Shown here: positions 17,539-25,932 of the stretch, piece after piece | Position numbering within the stretch: position 1 is the first letter of the stretch | How the letters are laid out: the number at the start of each line of letters is the position of its first letter | NCBI GenBank assembly: GCA_048455095.1 | Contig: DBFXIC010000233.1 | Coordinates: forward strand, 1 to 40,357 | Reading direction: 5' to 3' | Source: Anaeromassilibacillus sp. | Lineage (GTDB): Bacteria; Bacillota; Clostridia; Oscillospirales; Acutalibacteraceae | Length of the DNA stretch: 40,357 nt | The notes under the pieces: model-generated | Told to the model about the DNA's origin: nothing | Database searches by the model: none | Seen by the model: the letters and a program-made list of their open reading frames with translations, nothing else | Position numbers and translations under genes: made by a program

Positions 17539-20500
17539 ATGAAGAAACAATGGTCCCGTGCAGCGCTTGGCGTGGTGTTGGCGATAGCAGTTCTGCTCTC
17601 CACAGTGGGGGTGGCCGCTTTCGCAGTGCAGACGCGCTTGGCCGGGGGAAACGCACAGGCGGCCCTGACCGACTACGAAATCTATCCTGTACCGCACAGT
17701 ATGGTGTATCAGGATGGGAGCTTCGAACTGACGGACATCGTCAATGTGGTCTATGGAGAGGGATTGGACGCCTCGACCAAAAATCATACGCGTGAAGCAT
17801 TTGAAAGCCAGAATGTACATTTTACAGTGGGTAGCGCCCCTGTGGAGGGAAAGACCAATGTGCTGCTCGGTATTGTGGGTGAAGGCAGCGCCGCGGAGGC
17901 GTATATCCAGGACCGTCATTTGGCGGAGGATGGATTTTTTGAAAAGATTGATGCCCACATTCTTACGGCAAACGACGGCAACATCGCGGTGCTCGGCAAG
18001 GACACCAATGCGGTGTACTACGGCGTTACCTCGCTAAAATTGATCTTAGAGCAAATGGACACGCGGGAAATCCGCAATTTTGTGGATCAGGACTACTCGG
18101 ATTCTCATTTCCGCGGCTTTATTGAGGGCTATTACGGCATTCCCTGGAGCAACGAAGACCGTAAATCTCTGATGGAGTTCGGCGGCGACTTTAAAATGAA
18201 TACCTATGTGTTCGCGCCGAAGGACGATCCCTATCACAACGCGCAATGGAGGACGCTCTATCCGGAAGAAAAGTTGGAAGAGATCCGTGACATGGTGCAG
18301 ACCGGCCTTGATTCCAAGTGCAAATTTGTCTGGACGATCCATCCGTTTATGAACAGCCGTTTCCGTTTTGACAACGATGAAACCTACGCGGCGGATCTCA
18401 AGGTCATCACCACGAAGTTCCAACAGCTTTACGATGTGGGCGTGCGGCAGTTCGGTGTGCTGGCAGACGATTTGTCCTATAATCTTCCGGCTTCGAACGT
18501 CATCCGGCTGATGGAGGATTTGAACAATTGGCTTGATCAGCACGAAGGAACCTACGATTTGCTGTTCTGCCCGCCGAAATATAACAAATCGTGGACAAGC
18601 GATGCGGAGCTGCAGGCATGGGGCGGTCTGCCCGAGGACGTCCAGATCTTCTGGACCGGCGACGGCGTGTGCGGCTGGGCAACCCAGAGCACCTTCGACT
18701 ATTTCAAGAGAATCACCGGCAGAGAGGCGCTCATGTGGTTGAACTGGCCGGTCAACGACATCAACAAGGTCCGTCTGCTGATGGGCCCAGGTGAAGTTTT
18801 AGGCAAGAACGTGACCGGCTTTACCGGCATCGTGAGCAACCCGATGCAGCAGGCGGAATGCAGTAAAACAGCGCTGTTTGCCGTAGCCGATTATACCTGG
18901 AACGTAGGTGCGTTTAACAAAGATCAGAGCTGGGCGGACTGCTTTAAGTACATTGAACCGGACGCGGCGGAGGCGCTGCACACCATGGCGAAGCATTTGC
19001 AAGACCCGACCCCAAACAACCACGGCCTGTCGCTGCCGGAGTCGGTGGACCTCAACCCGAAGCTGGAAGCGTTCAAAACAAAGTTTGCGGCCGGCGAGTC
19101 CATCAAGGAAAGCGGAACGGAATTGATCGCTGAATTTGAGGCGATCGTCCAGGCGACCGAGGACTTTGCGGAACAGTCGCAGAATGCGAACCTCAAGACG
19201 GAGATTGACCCGTGGCGGCAATCCCTGCAGGCGCTCTCCAAAGCGGACATCGAACTGATCAAGACTGCGATCGCGTTGGAAGAGCACGACAACGACGCGC
19301 TGTGGGCGCATTATTCCGAGGGTACCACGCAGTTCACGAAATCCCAGAACTTCCCGGTCAAAAACAAGGATGCGGTGCAGCTTGTCCAGGCGGGTTCCAA
19401 GCGTCTGATCCCCTTTACGCAGTATCTCGCTGCACAGCTTGCAGACCCGGTTAAAGAGGCCGTCGCGCCCGATGAAAATGCGCCGGACAAGGGGACGCTC
19501 TATACGAACTTTACCGCAGGCGAGATCTATAGTGGAAAACTGGAGAATATCACCGATGGCGACGACAGCACCGCCGCCTGGATCAACCGTTATATCCGCA
19601 GTGGCGATTATGTGGGCCTGCAATTCCGCAGCCCTGTGGAGATCACCGGTATCAAGGTGGTGCAGGGCACAACCGGGAAACCGCAGGATGCTTTCTATTA
19701 CGGAAAGTTCCAGATCTCCCAGGACGGCCAGACCTGGACCGATCTAAACGGCGGCCAGACCTACGGCCCCTATCAGACGAATATCCAGGTGAATGGATTG
19801 AATGTTACAGCAAAATATATCCGGTTTATCGTGGATGGCGCGGTAAAGGCCAATAGCGAAACCAATCCGAAGTGGCCCGCATTTCGCACCTTTGAGATAG
19901 CGCAGAGGGACGACAGCCAGTCCATCTATACCAATGTGGAAACGCTTAAGGGCGTTGGCGCGACCTTTGCATCCGACACGGCCGCAATCCAGGCTGTCAG
20001 CGGCGATGTAACGTTGGCCTCCGGCGAATACATCGGCCTCAAGCTGCCCCGCATCCGGGATCTCTCCTCTATCGAGGTGGATGCCATAGGAGCGGATAAG
20101 CTGACGCTGGAAACCTCTGCAAATGAGTCTGAGTGGTCTGTGACAGATCCATCGGCTCCGGCGATTGCGCGCTATGTGCGCCTGATCAACCGTGGTGCAG
20201 AGGCAGTCACCTTCCAACTCCACGGCCTCACCGTCAAGTCGCATGAAATCGCCCCGATCAGCTTGGTGGCCAACACCATTGGCAGCCCGAATGGTGCGGC
20301 ATCCAACTTGTTTGATGGCGATTGGACGACCCAGACGCAGTTCCAGGGAAGCCAGGCGAACGGCCGCTACTTCACGTACGATCTCGGCCAGGTCATCCAT
20401 CTGGATTCCATCAAGTTTGTCCTCAGCGACGGAGAGTGGGACTTCCCGCGCAATGCGGATGTGTATGTCTCTCTGGACAATCAGAACTGGGAAAAAATCC

Positions 20501-21072
20501 TGACCATCGGCGATGGCCGCACGGACGTCGTGCTGGGCGATGTGTTCCCGGTCCATGAGGTTTCCTACAATACGCTGACGAAGGGCGGCATCGATAAGGA
20601 TGCCCGCTACCTCAAGATGAGCCTGACCTCCGGCCCCGGCCCCAGCGACAAGTGGGTGCGCTTCAACGAGATTGTCCTCAACAACGGCGCGTATATCCCG
20701 CAGGAAAACAATCCGACGTTTGAGAGTACCCCCATGGAGAAACAGGGCCATGCTGCATCCAACCTGACAGACGGCGACCTGAGCACCACCTACCTGCCAG
20801 ACGATACACTGGCGGACGACGGCATGCTGACGTATCGCCTGTCGGAGTATGCGGACTTAGAGAGGTTGATTATTCTACAAAGTCCGGGTACGATTTCCAA
20901 TGCGTCGGTTTCCGTGCGTACGGCGGGAGAAAGCAATTTTGTAACCATCGGCAAACTGGACAGCAGTATGAATATGTTTACGAATCTTCCGGAGGGCCGG
21001 ACGGTGGAGATCCGCATTGCCTGGAGCGACATCGCACCAGAGCTGCACGAAATCGTTACGTTGACCAAATAA
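17539..21072 (+). CDS. Secreted GH84 beta-N-acetylglucosaminidase/hyaluronidase (NagH-like) with several F5/8-type C (CBM32-like) modules, ~1177 aa
   Basis: Signal peptide with SD AAGGAGG; YEIYPVPH N-domain; RGFIEGYYGIPWS, YVFAPKDDPYH, catalytic LADD pair, WLNWPVND, NPMQQ; NITDGD / NLFDGD / NLTDGD CBM32-type starts. Confidence 0.92.
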   Translation: MKKQWSRAALGVVLAIAVLLSTVGVAAFAVQTRLAGGNAQAALTDYEIYPVPHSMVYQDGSFELTDIVNVVYGEGLDASTKNHTREAFESQNVHFTVGSAPVEGKTNVLLGIVGEGSAAEAYIQDRHLAEDGFFEKIDAHILTANDGNIAVLGKDTNAVYYGVTSLKLILEQMDTREIRNFVDQDYSDSHFRGFIEGYYGIPWSNEDRKSLMEFGGDFKMNTYVFAPKDDPYHNAQWRTLYPEEKLEEIRDMVQTGLDSKCKFVWTIHPFMNSRFRFDNDETYAADLKVITTKFQQLYDVGVRQFGVLADDLSYNLPASNVIRLMEDLNNWLDQHEGTYDLLFCPPKYNKSWTSDAELQAWGGLPEDVQIFWTGDGVCGWATQSTFDYFKRITGREALMWLNWPVNDINKVRLLMGPGEVLGKNVTGFTGIVSNPMQQAECSKTALFAVADYTWNVGAFNKDQSWADCFKYIEPDAAEALHTMAKHLQDPTPNNHGLSLPESVDLNPKLEAFKTKFAAGESIKESGTELIAEFEAIVQATEDFAEQSQNANLKTEIDPWRQSLQALSKADIELIKTAIALEEHDNDALWAHYSEGTTQFTKSQNFPVKNKDAVQLVQAGSKRLIPFTQYLAAQLADPVKEAVAPDENAPDKGTLYTNFTAGEIYSGKLENITDGDDSTAAWINRYIRSGDYVGLQFRSPVEITGIKVVQGTTGKPQDAFYYGKFQISQDGQTWTDLNGGQTYGPYQTNIQVNGLNVTAKYIRFIVDGAVKANSETNPKWPAFRTFEIAQRDDSQSIYTNVETLKGVGATFASDTAAIQAVSGDVTLASGEYIGLKLPRIRDLSSIEVDAIGADKLTLETSANESEWSVTDPSAPAIARYVRLINRGAEAVTFQLHGLTVKSHEIAPISLVANTIGSPNGAASNLFDGDWTTQTQFQGSQANGRYFTYDLGQVIHLDSIKFVLSDGEWDFPRNADVYVSLDNQNWEKILTIGDGRTDVVLGDVFPVHEVSYNTLTKGGIDKDARYLKMSLTSGPGPSDKWVRFNEIVLNNGAYIPQENNPTFESTPMEKQGHAASNLTDGDLSTTYLPDDTLADDGMLTYRLSEYADLERLIILQSPGTISNASVSVRTAGESNFVTIGKLDSSMNMFTNLPEGRTVEIRIAWSDIAPELHEIVTLTK

Positions 21073-21109
21073 ACGCAGATCGTTTTTTGAAATTGCCTGC
21101 GCGTTTTAA

Positions 21110-21148
21110 ACAGCCCCAGATTGTGTGGATAGCACAATCTGGGGCTGT
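21110..21148. terminator. Terminator after the GH84 gene
   Basis: 16-bp perfect stem acagccccagattgtg / cacaatctggggctgt. Confidence 0.8.
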
Positions 21149-21224
21149 CCCATTTCCCTGTATTGGGGAAGAGTTTGTTTAAATTCTGTCACAGGGGATT
21201 TTTGAATCTTTTTTGTGGAAGTAC

Positions 21225-21283
21225 TTGACAATTCCAGAAGCAGGCTGTATTATTGTATTAAGTCATTAGTACAATGGTACAAT
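21225..21283 (+). promoter_or_regulatory. Sigma-A promoter with overlapping YtrA-type (GntR) operator
   Basis: TTGACA-17 bp-TATTAT; inverted repeat ATTGTATTA-N6-TAGTACAAT (21252-21275) with flanking extra TGTA/TACA half-sites, typical of YtrA-subfamily operators. Confidence 0.85.
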
Positions 21284-21295
21284 GGAGGTGAAGAT

Positions 21296-21673
21296 ATGGG
21301 ATGGAACTTAAAATCAGACAGACCAATTTACGCACAATTGGTCGAGCAGATCGAGCTGATGATCGTCTCCGGGATGTATCCGCCCGGCGCCAAATTGCCC
21401 TCTGTCCGCGACTTGGCGGCGGACGCGGCGGTGAACCCGAATACGATGCAACGCGCGCTTTCCCAACTTGAAACGGACGGCCTTTTGTACACCCAGAGGA
21501 CCAGCGGACGATATGTGACGGAGGACACGGAGAAGATTATGCAGACGAAGAGAACCCTCGCTACGGGGTTGCTAAAAGAATTTTTAGAGAGTATGGGACG
21601 CCTCGGTTTTGACCGGGAACAGACGATTGAGCTGCTGCAGTCACTTGGAGACTCCAAACGGGACAGCGCTTGA
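21296..21673 (+). CDS. GntR (YtrA/YhcF subfamily) transcriptional regulator, 125 aa
   Basis: PIYAQL, KLPSVRDLA...VNPNTMQRA, RTSGRYV; short C-terminal helix; SD GGAGGTG. Confidence 0.93.
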   Translation: MGWNLKSDRPIYAQLVEQIELMIVSGMYPPGAKLPSVRDLAADAAVNPNTMQRALSQLETDGLLYTQRTSGRYVTEDTEKIMQTKRTLATGLLKEFLESMGRLGFDREQTIELLQSLGDSKRDSA

Positions 21674-21700
21674 TTTTGCAAGGAGAAAGAGAAAACGGAT

Positions 21701-22153
21701 ATGAAAAAAATTGTGATGGGGATTTTGACAATCCTGGCCGTTTGCAGCATCCTGGCGGGCTGTTCGATGGCCAAACATGACGGTGAAGCCGGCGGGCAGG
21801 ATGAAACATTCAGAAAGGCGCAGATGATTGTAGCCCTTCGTCCGGATGATGATGTCTCGCTGTTTTCCGCTTCAGAGGAACAGGACATCGAAGCGTTTAT
21901 CGACAACCTGAAATTGGAAGATTGGAAAATTGCAGAGCTTCCGGAGGATGCAACGGAGCACTTGATCTATCATTTCCAACAGGAGGACACGATAAAATTT
22001 GGAGAGACCAGCACGGATGGCGTGTTAAAAGACGTTGTCACCCTCTCTGTATACGGAGATATCCCCTACGCAACCATGACGGTTTTGGAACAGCCCGTGC
22101 ACTTCCAAATTCCGGAGGATGTGGCCGGTTATTTAAACGAGCCGCTGAAATAG
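21701..22153 (+). CDS. Hypothetical lipoprotein, 150 aa
   Basis: MKK + hydrophobic stretch + lipobox LAGC; purine-rich upstream region. Confidence 0.8.
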   Translation: MKKIVMGILTILAVCSILAGCSMAKHDGEAGGQDETFRKAQMIVALRPDDDVSLFSASEEQDIEAFIDNLKLEDWKIAELPEDATEHLIYHFQQEDTIKFGETSTDGVLKDVVTLSVYGDIPYATMTVLEQPVHFQIPEDVAGYLNEPLK

Positions 22154-22386
22154 CGGGATCAATGTCCATCAGCAGATAGAACATTTAAAAGCCGGTTTTG
22201 CCTTTCCCAACGGTTTGTAAAACCGTACAACTGCACCTGACCAAGCAGAAAATTGATAAGGTTTTTAACGTCGGCCTTTACAATCCGGCAATTTTCGTTC
22301 CCTATTTCGGCGCATATCCAACTGTTCGATTGAGATTTTATGAGAAACGCCTTTGGCCGAGGACCCAGAGGCAAGGAGGATGACTT

Positions 22387-23085
22387 ATGGAAAACATTTT
22401 AGAGTGCCGCGGCCTGGTGAAGTTCTTCCCGAACTGCCTGGCGCTCAACAACGTCGACTTGGCCGTGCCAAAAGGCCGGATTGTCGGCCTCTTGGGGCCC
22501 AACGGCAGCGGAAAAAGCACCCTGATTAAACTGGCGAACGGCCTGCTGACCCCGACCCAGGGGAGTATCCTGGTGGACGGAAAAGCGCCGGGCGTAGAGA
22601 CAAAAAAGATCGTTTCATATCTGCCGGAGCGCACCTATCTGACCGAGTGGATGACCGTGCAGGATATGCTGGATTTGTTCAGCGACTTTTACGCGGATTT
22701 CAATATGGAAAAGGCGCGCGACATGTTGGCGCGGCTGAATATCCAGCCCAAGGCCCGCATCAAGACCATGAGCAAGGGCACCAAGGAGAAAGTACAACTC
22801 ATCCTGGTGATGAGCCGCGAAGCGCAACTCTACCTGCTCGATGAGCCGATTGGCGGTGTGGACCCCGCCGCGCGCGATTACATCCTGAACACCATCATCG
22901 GCAATTACAACGAAAATGCGACCGTCCTGATTTCCACCCACCTGATTTCCGACGTAGAGCAGATTCTGGACGACGTCATTTTCATTAACCAGGGGAGCGT
23001 GGTTCTGACCGCCTCCGTGGACGACATCCGTGAGAAGCAGGACAAGAGCGTGGACGCGCTGTTCCGGGAGGTGTTCAAATGTTAG
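22387..23085 (+). CDS. ABC-2 type ATP-binding protein (YtrB/YhcG-like)
   Basis: GPNGSGKST, MSKGTKEK, LLDEPIGGVD, ISTH; SD AAGGAGG. Confidence 0.92.
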   Translation: MENILECRGLVKFFPNCLALNNVDLAVPKGRIVGLLGPNGSGKSTLIKLANGLLTPTQGSILVDGKAPGVETKKIVSYLPERTYLTEWMTVQDMLDLFSDFYADFNMEKARDMLARLNIQPKARIKTMSKGTKEKVQLILVMSREAQLYLLDEPIGGVDPAARDYILNTIIGNYNENATVLISTHLISDVEQILDDVIFINQGSVVLTASVDDIREKQDKSVDALFREVFKC

Positions 23086-23888
23086 GAAAACTGATTAAAT
23101 ACGAATTCAAGGGTACGGCGCGCATCTATCTGCCCTTCTTCGCGCTTCTGGTGCTTTTGACCGCGGTAAACCGCGCATCCCTGCAGTACGGCCTGGGGAG
23201 GACTGCGAATTTTGAAGCGGCTGCGATTATCTCCATGATGCTCTACATCATCGCGGTCATTGCCATTTTTGTAATTGCCATGGTGGCAACGATCCAGCGC
23301 TTCTATAAGAATTTTATGACCGACGAGGGATACCTAATGTTTACCCTTCCGGTGACACAGGACGGCCTAATCCTCAGCAAACTGATCGTCGCAACGGTCT
23401 GGAATATTTTCAGCGTTGTGATTGCCATGTTCTCTATGCTCTTCCTAGTTGCCGACGGCGACTTATGGAACGCACTTCTGAATAGCTTTGGAGAATTGCA
23501 GCAAATTGGAGAGAAAACCGGGATCAACTTCTTTGTGCTCGGCGCCATTGTGCTTTTGACCATGCTTGCCGGATTGATCGCAGGCATTCTGCAAATGTAT
23601 GCCTCCATCGTGATCGGCTGCACCAGTTCGCGCCATAAGTTGATTCTTGGACTGGGCGTATATCTCGGATTCAACGTAGTGATGCAGACGGTTTCCTTCC
23701 TGTTCGTACCCTATATGAGCAGTTGGCTGGAAAAAATCACTCGTCAGGGCGAAAATCCCACCATGCTGCAGTCCGCACAATTTTTCCAGTCGCTCATGCT
23801 CTTTGCCCTGGTGTTTTCCTTGGTGTTTGGCGCGGTGTTCTATGTGATTACCCGCCTGATGATGAAGAAAAAGCTCAATTTGGAATAA
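23079..23888 (+). CDS. ABC-2 type permease (about 6 TM)
   Basis: MLGKLIKYEFK start, DEGYLMFTLPV...LILSKL motif; overlaps the ATPase stop. Confidence 0.88.
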   Translation: MLGKLIKYEFKGTARIYLPFFALLVLLTAVNRASLQYGLGRTANFEAAAIISMMLYIIAVIAIFVIAMVATIQRFYKNFMTDEGYLMFTLPVTQDGLILSKLIVATVWNIFSVVIAMFSMLFLVADGDLWNALLNSFGELQQIGEKTGINFFVLGAIVLLTMLAGLIAGILQMYASIVIGCTSSRHKLILGLGVYLGFNVVMQTVSFLFVPYMSSWLEKITRQGENPTMLQSAQFFQSLMLFALVFSLVFGAVFYVITRLMMKKKLNLE

Positions 23889-24074
23889 AACCAATGGAAT
23901 CGATGCGTACTGCATGTTCGTCCGCTGCTTCTGCCGGGAGATGCGACCTGATCCATGCTGGGCGAGAGCAGCGGGCGAAAGGCAGGCGTTGCAGAAATGT
24001 TGCCAGTAGAATACGCGTGAATAAAGAGAAAAACACTTGTTGAAAAAGCGGCGGAGTTGGGAAGGAGGAGCGAA

Positions 24075-24860
24075 ATGCAGCAGACGTGTTTCAGACAATA
24101 TCTGTTCAATCTCGCACGGCTGACGGTTGCCGTCGGATTAACAATCGGGCTGTCTGGTATCGCCATGTTTCTCCTGTTCGGCAGACTTTCGGGTGCGTTC
24201 GGAAATTTCCTCTTTTTGACCGCTGTGTTGCTCCCCGTCCTGGTATGCACCAGGGGATTTGAAAAAAAGCCCTTCCGCTCTGTCGGCCTGACCGCCCGGC
24301 GGTGCGATCCCGGTTGGTTTTTTTTCGGCGTTTTGTGGGCGGCGGCATGGATGGCTGTGATATTGCTGGTTGTCTGCCTGCTTCTGGGAAGAGGCGATTT
24401 TCCCATAGCGCTACAGCAGGCGGCAAATGGTCCCCGTCTGTTCCATTATTTGATCGTAGGCTTTTGTGAGGAGCTGTTGTTCCGCGGATACCTGTTTCAG
24501 AACCTGTTCTGCGAGTGGCCCTTTTGGAGGAGGAGCCTGCTCTCCGCGATCCTTTTCACGCTGCCTCACAGCCTGAATGCGAATGGGGATACCGGGTTGC
24601 AAATACTGGCTGCATTCCTGTTTGGCTTGCTGGCGAACTATCTGGTATTCCGCACAGAGAGCATCTGGATGGGCGTCGGCCTGCACTGGATGTGGAATGC
24701 ACTGGCTGTTTCGTTCTTTTATGACCAGGGCACACAGGCAATTGCCGCGCCGATGTTTCCGCTGGTGTTCCTGTTGTGTTTCCCACTGCTCCGCCGGATG
24801 TTTGACCGGTGGGAATGGGTCGCTTGCCAAAAAGCGGATTCGTCCTTGCTTTTTTTCTAA
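24075..24860 (+). CDS. CPBP (CAAX/Abi) family intramembrane glutamic endopeptidase
   Basis: EELLFRG, F..PH and H..WN motifs; multiple TM segments; SD GGAGGAG. Confidence 0.9.
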   Translation: MQQTCFRQYLFNLARLTVAVGLTIGLSGIAMFLLFGRLSGAFGNFLFLTAVLLPVLVCTRGFEKKPFRSVGLTARRCDPGWFFFGVLWAAAWMAVILLVVCLLLGRGDFPIALQQAANGPRLFHYLIVGFCEELLFRGYLFQNLFCEWPFWRRSLLSAILFTLPHSLNANGDTGLQILAAFLFGLLANYLVFRTESIWMGVGLHWMWNALAVSFFYDQGTQAIAAPMFPLVFLLCFPLLRRMFDRWEWVACQKADSSLLFF

Positions 24861-24874
24861 AAATAGAATATACT
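24846..24874 (+). promoter_or_regulatory. Sigma-A promoter of the PLMP-like gene
   Basis: TTGCTT-17 bp-TATACT overlapping the CPBP stop. Confidence 0.7.
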
Positions 24875-24945
24875 GTAACTGCGCGCAGGGGACGGCACCC
24901 ATCACAAAAAACAGGGTGCGCGCATTCCCGCACGGAGAGGGGACG

Positions 24946-25404
24946 ATACCCATCGATAGGACGATTGCCGTAGAGGACGGATGGGGAAATTCCAGGGAAC
25001 CCACCTATCCGCGCCGGGCAAAACAACTGGTGAAAAAGGGCAGGGCGCGCTTTGTCGGCCCAGATCGGATCCGCCTTGCGTGTCCGCCAATTGAGCGATT
25101 GGAGGATATTGCCATGAGCGACCTGAATATGATTTCTGCAAAGGAACTTTTAGAGCGCATCGACCACATCCTGAACGACACAGGTTATTTGAAGGATGCG
25201 TTTACTACGATTGAGAAAATCCCGCAGGAGGGCGACGGCACAGAGACCGCGCGGCTGAAAGCCGAGGCGGTGGAACGCATTGTCCGCTCCCGGGAAAAGA
25301 CCAACCGCCAGGCGCTTCGTCTGCTGGAATCTCTCGCGTTGGAGTCCGAAGAGGACGCGGATGACGAGGAAGAGGGCGAAGAAGAGGCCGAAACAGAAGA
25401 ATAA
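24946..25404 (+). CDS. Hypothetical protein: N-terminal PLMP/RRXRR-like domain + helical domain + acidic tail (152 aa from ATA 24946; 96 aa from internal ATG 25114)
   Basis: Open frame; IAVEDGWGNSREPTYPRRAKQLVKKGRARFV..IRL matches the PLMP pattern by eye; SD GGAGAGGGG before ATA/ATC, SD GGAGG before ATG 25114; start uncertain. Confidence 0.65.
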   Translation: MPIDRTIAVEDGWGNSREPTYPRRAKQLVKKGRARFVGPDRIRLACPPIERLEDIAMSDLNMISAKELLERIDHILNDTGYLKDAFTTIEKIPQEGDGTETARLKAEAVERIVRSREKTNRQALRLLESLALESEEDADDEEEGEEEAETEE

Positions 25405-25406
25405 AC

Positions 25407-25451
25407 TTGCATGGGCGCGTCCGCAATCAGTGGGCGCGCCTTTTCCATGCA
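25407..25451 (+). terminator. Terminator of the PLMP-like gene
   Basis: ggcgcgtccgc-aatca-gtgggcgcgcc-tttt inside tgcatgg / ccatgca arms. Confidence 0.7.
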
Positions 25452-25501
25452 TTTCCATCCCCAGATTATAGGGGAAACAATGAAATTTCGCATAAATTCC
25501 C

Positions 25502-25530
25502 TTGTCAGAAATCTGCCTAAATGTTATAAT
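25502..25530 (+). promoter_or_regulatory. Sigma-A promoter of the hydrogenase-sensor cluster
   Basis: TTGTCA-17 bp-TATAAT with a TGn extension. Confidence 0.8.
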
Positions 25531-25627
25531 ATAGACAAAATTGCGCGGCGCGCATTTTTTTCTGTGTATAAGAGGTTTGCCGCGTGAAACAAGCAGCAGG
25601 GGAGCCACCCCAGGAGGAAATGAGAGT

Positions 25628-25876
25628 ATGGAAATAACAGTATGTATCGGCAGTTCCTGCCACCTGAAAGGATCCCGCGACGTCATTAGCATCTTCCAGC
25701 GCTTGGTTTCAATGAACCGTCTGGAGGATAAAATTGACCTGAAGGGTTCTTTCTGCATGGGAGAATGCACCAACAACGGCGTGTGCGTCTGTCTGGACGG
25801 CGAGCGTTTCAAGGTCACCCCGCTGGAAACCGAGGCCTTTTTCAATCGCGAGGTTATGAAGCGGCTGGAAAAATGA
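25628..25876 (+). CDS. Thioredoxin-like [2Fe-2S] ferredoxin (NuoE-like, HfsA-type), 82 aa
   Basis: VCIGSSCHLKGS ... FCMGEC motif. Confidence 0.88.
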   Translation: MEITVCIGSSCHLKGSRDVISIFQRLVSMNRLEDKIDLKGSFCMGECTNNGVCVCLDGERFKVTPLETEAFFNREVMKRLEK

Positions 25877-25932
25877 TGTCCCAAACAAAGAGATAAGGGG
25901 AATCCCACTGATTATAGGATAGGTGATGACAA

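Noticed and set aside
24577..24915. Upstream part of the 275-aa ORF 24577-25404
   Set aside because: Mostly overlaps the CPBP gene in another frame and begins upstream of the predicted promoter; only the 3' part is treated as coding
24846..25451. An active IscB/IS200-IS605 element
   Set aside because: No RuvC, HNH or bridge-helix motifs, no TnpA, and far too short; only the PLMP-like similarity is kept
25478..25495. Rex-like site upstream of the hydrogenase-sensor promoter
   Set aside because: Too many mismatches to TTGTGAA-N4-TTCACAA to support
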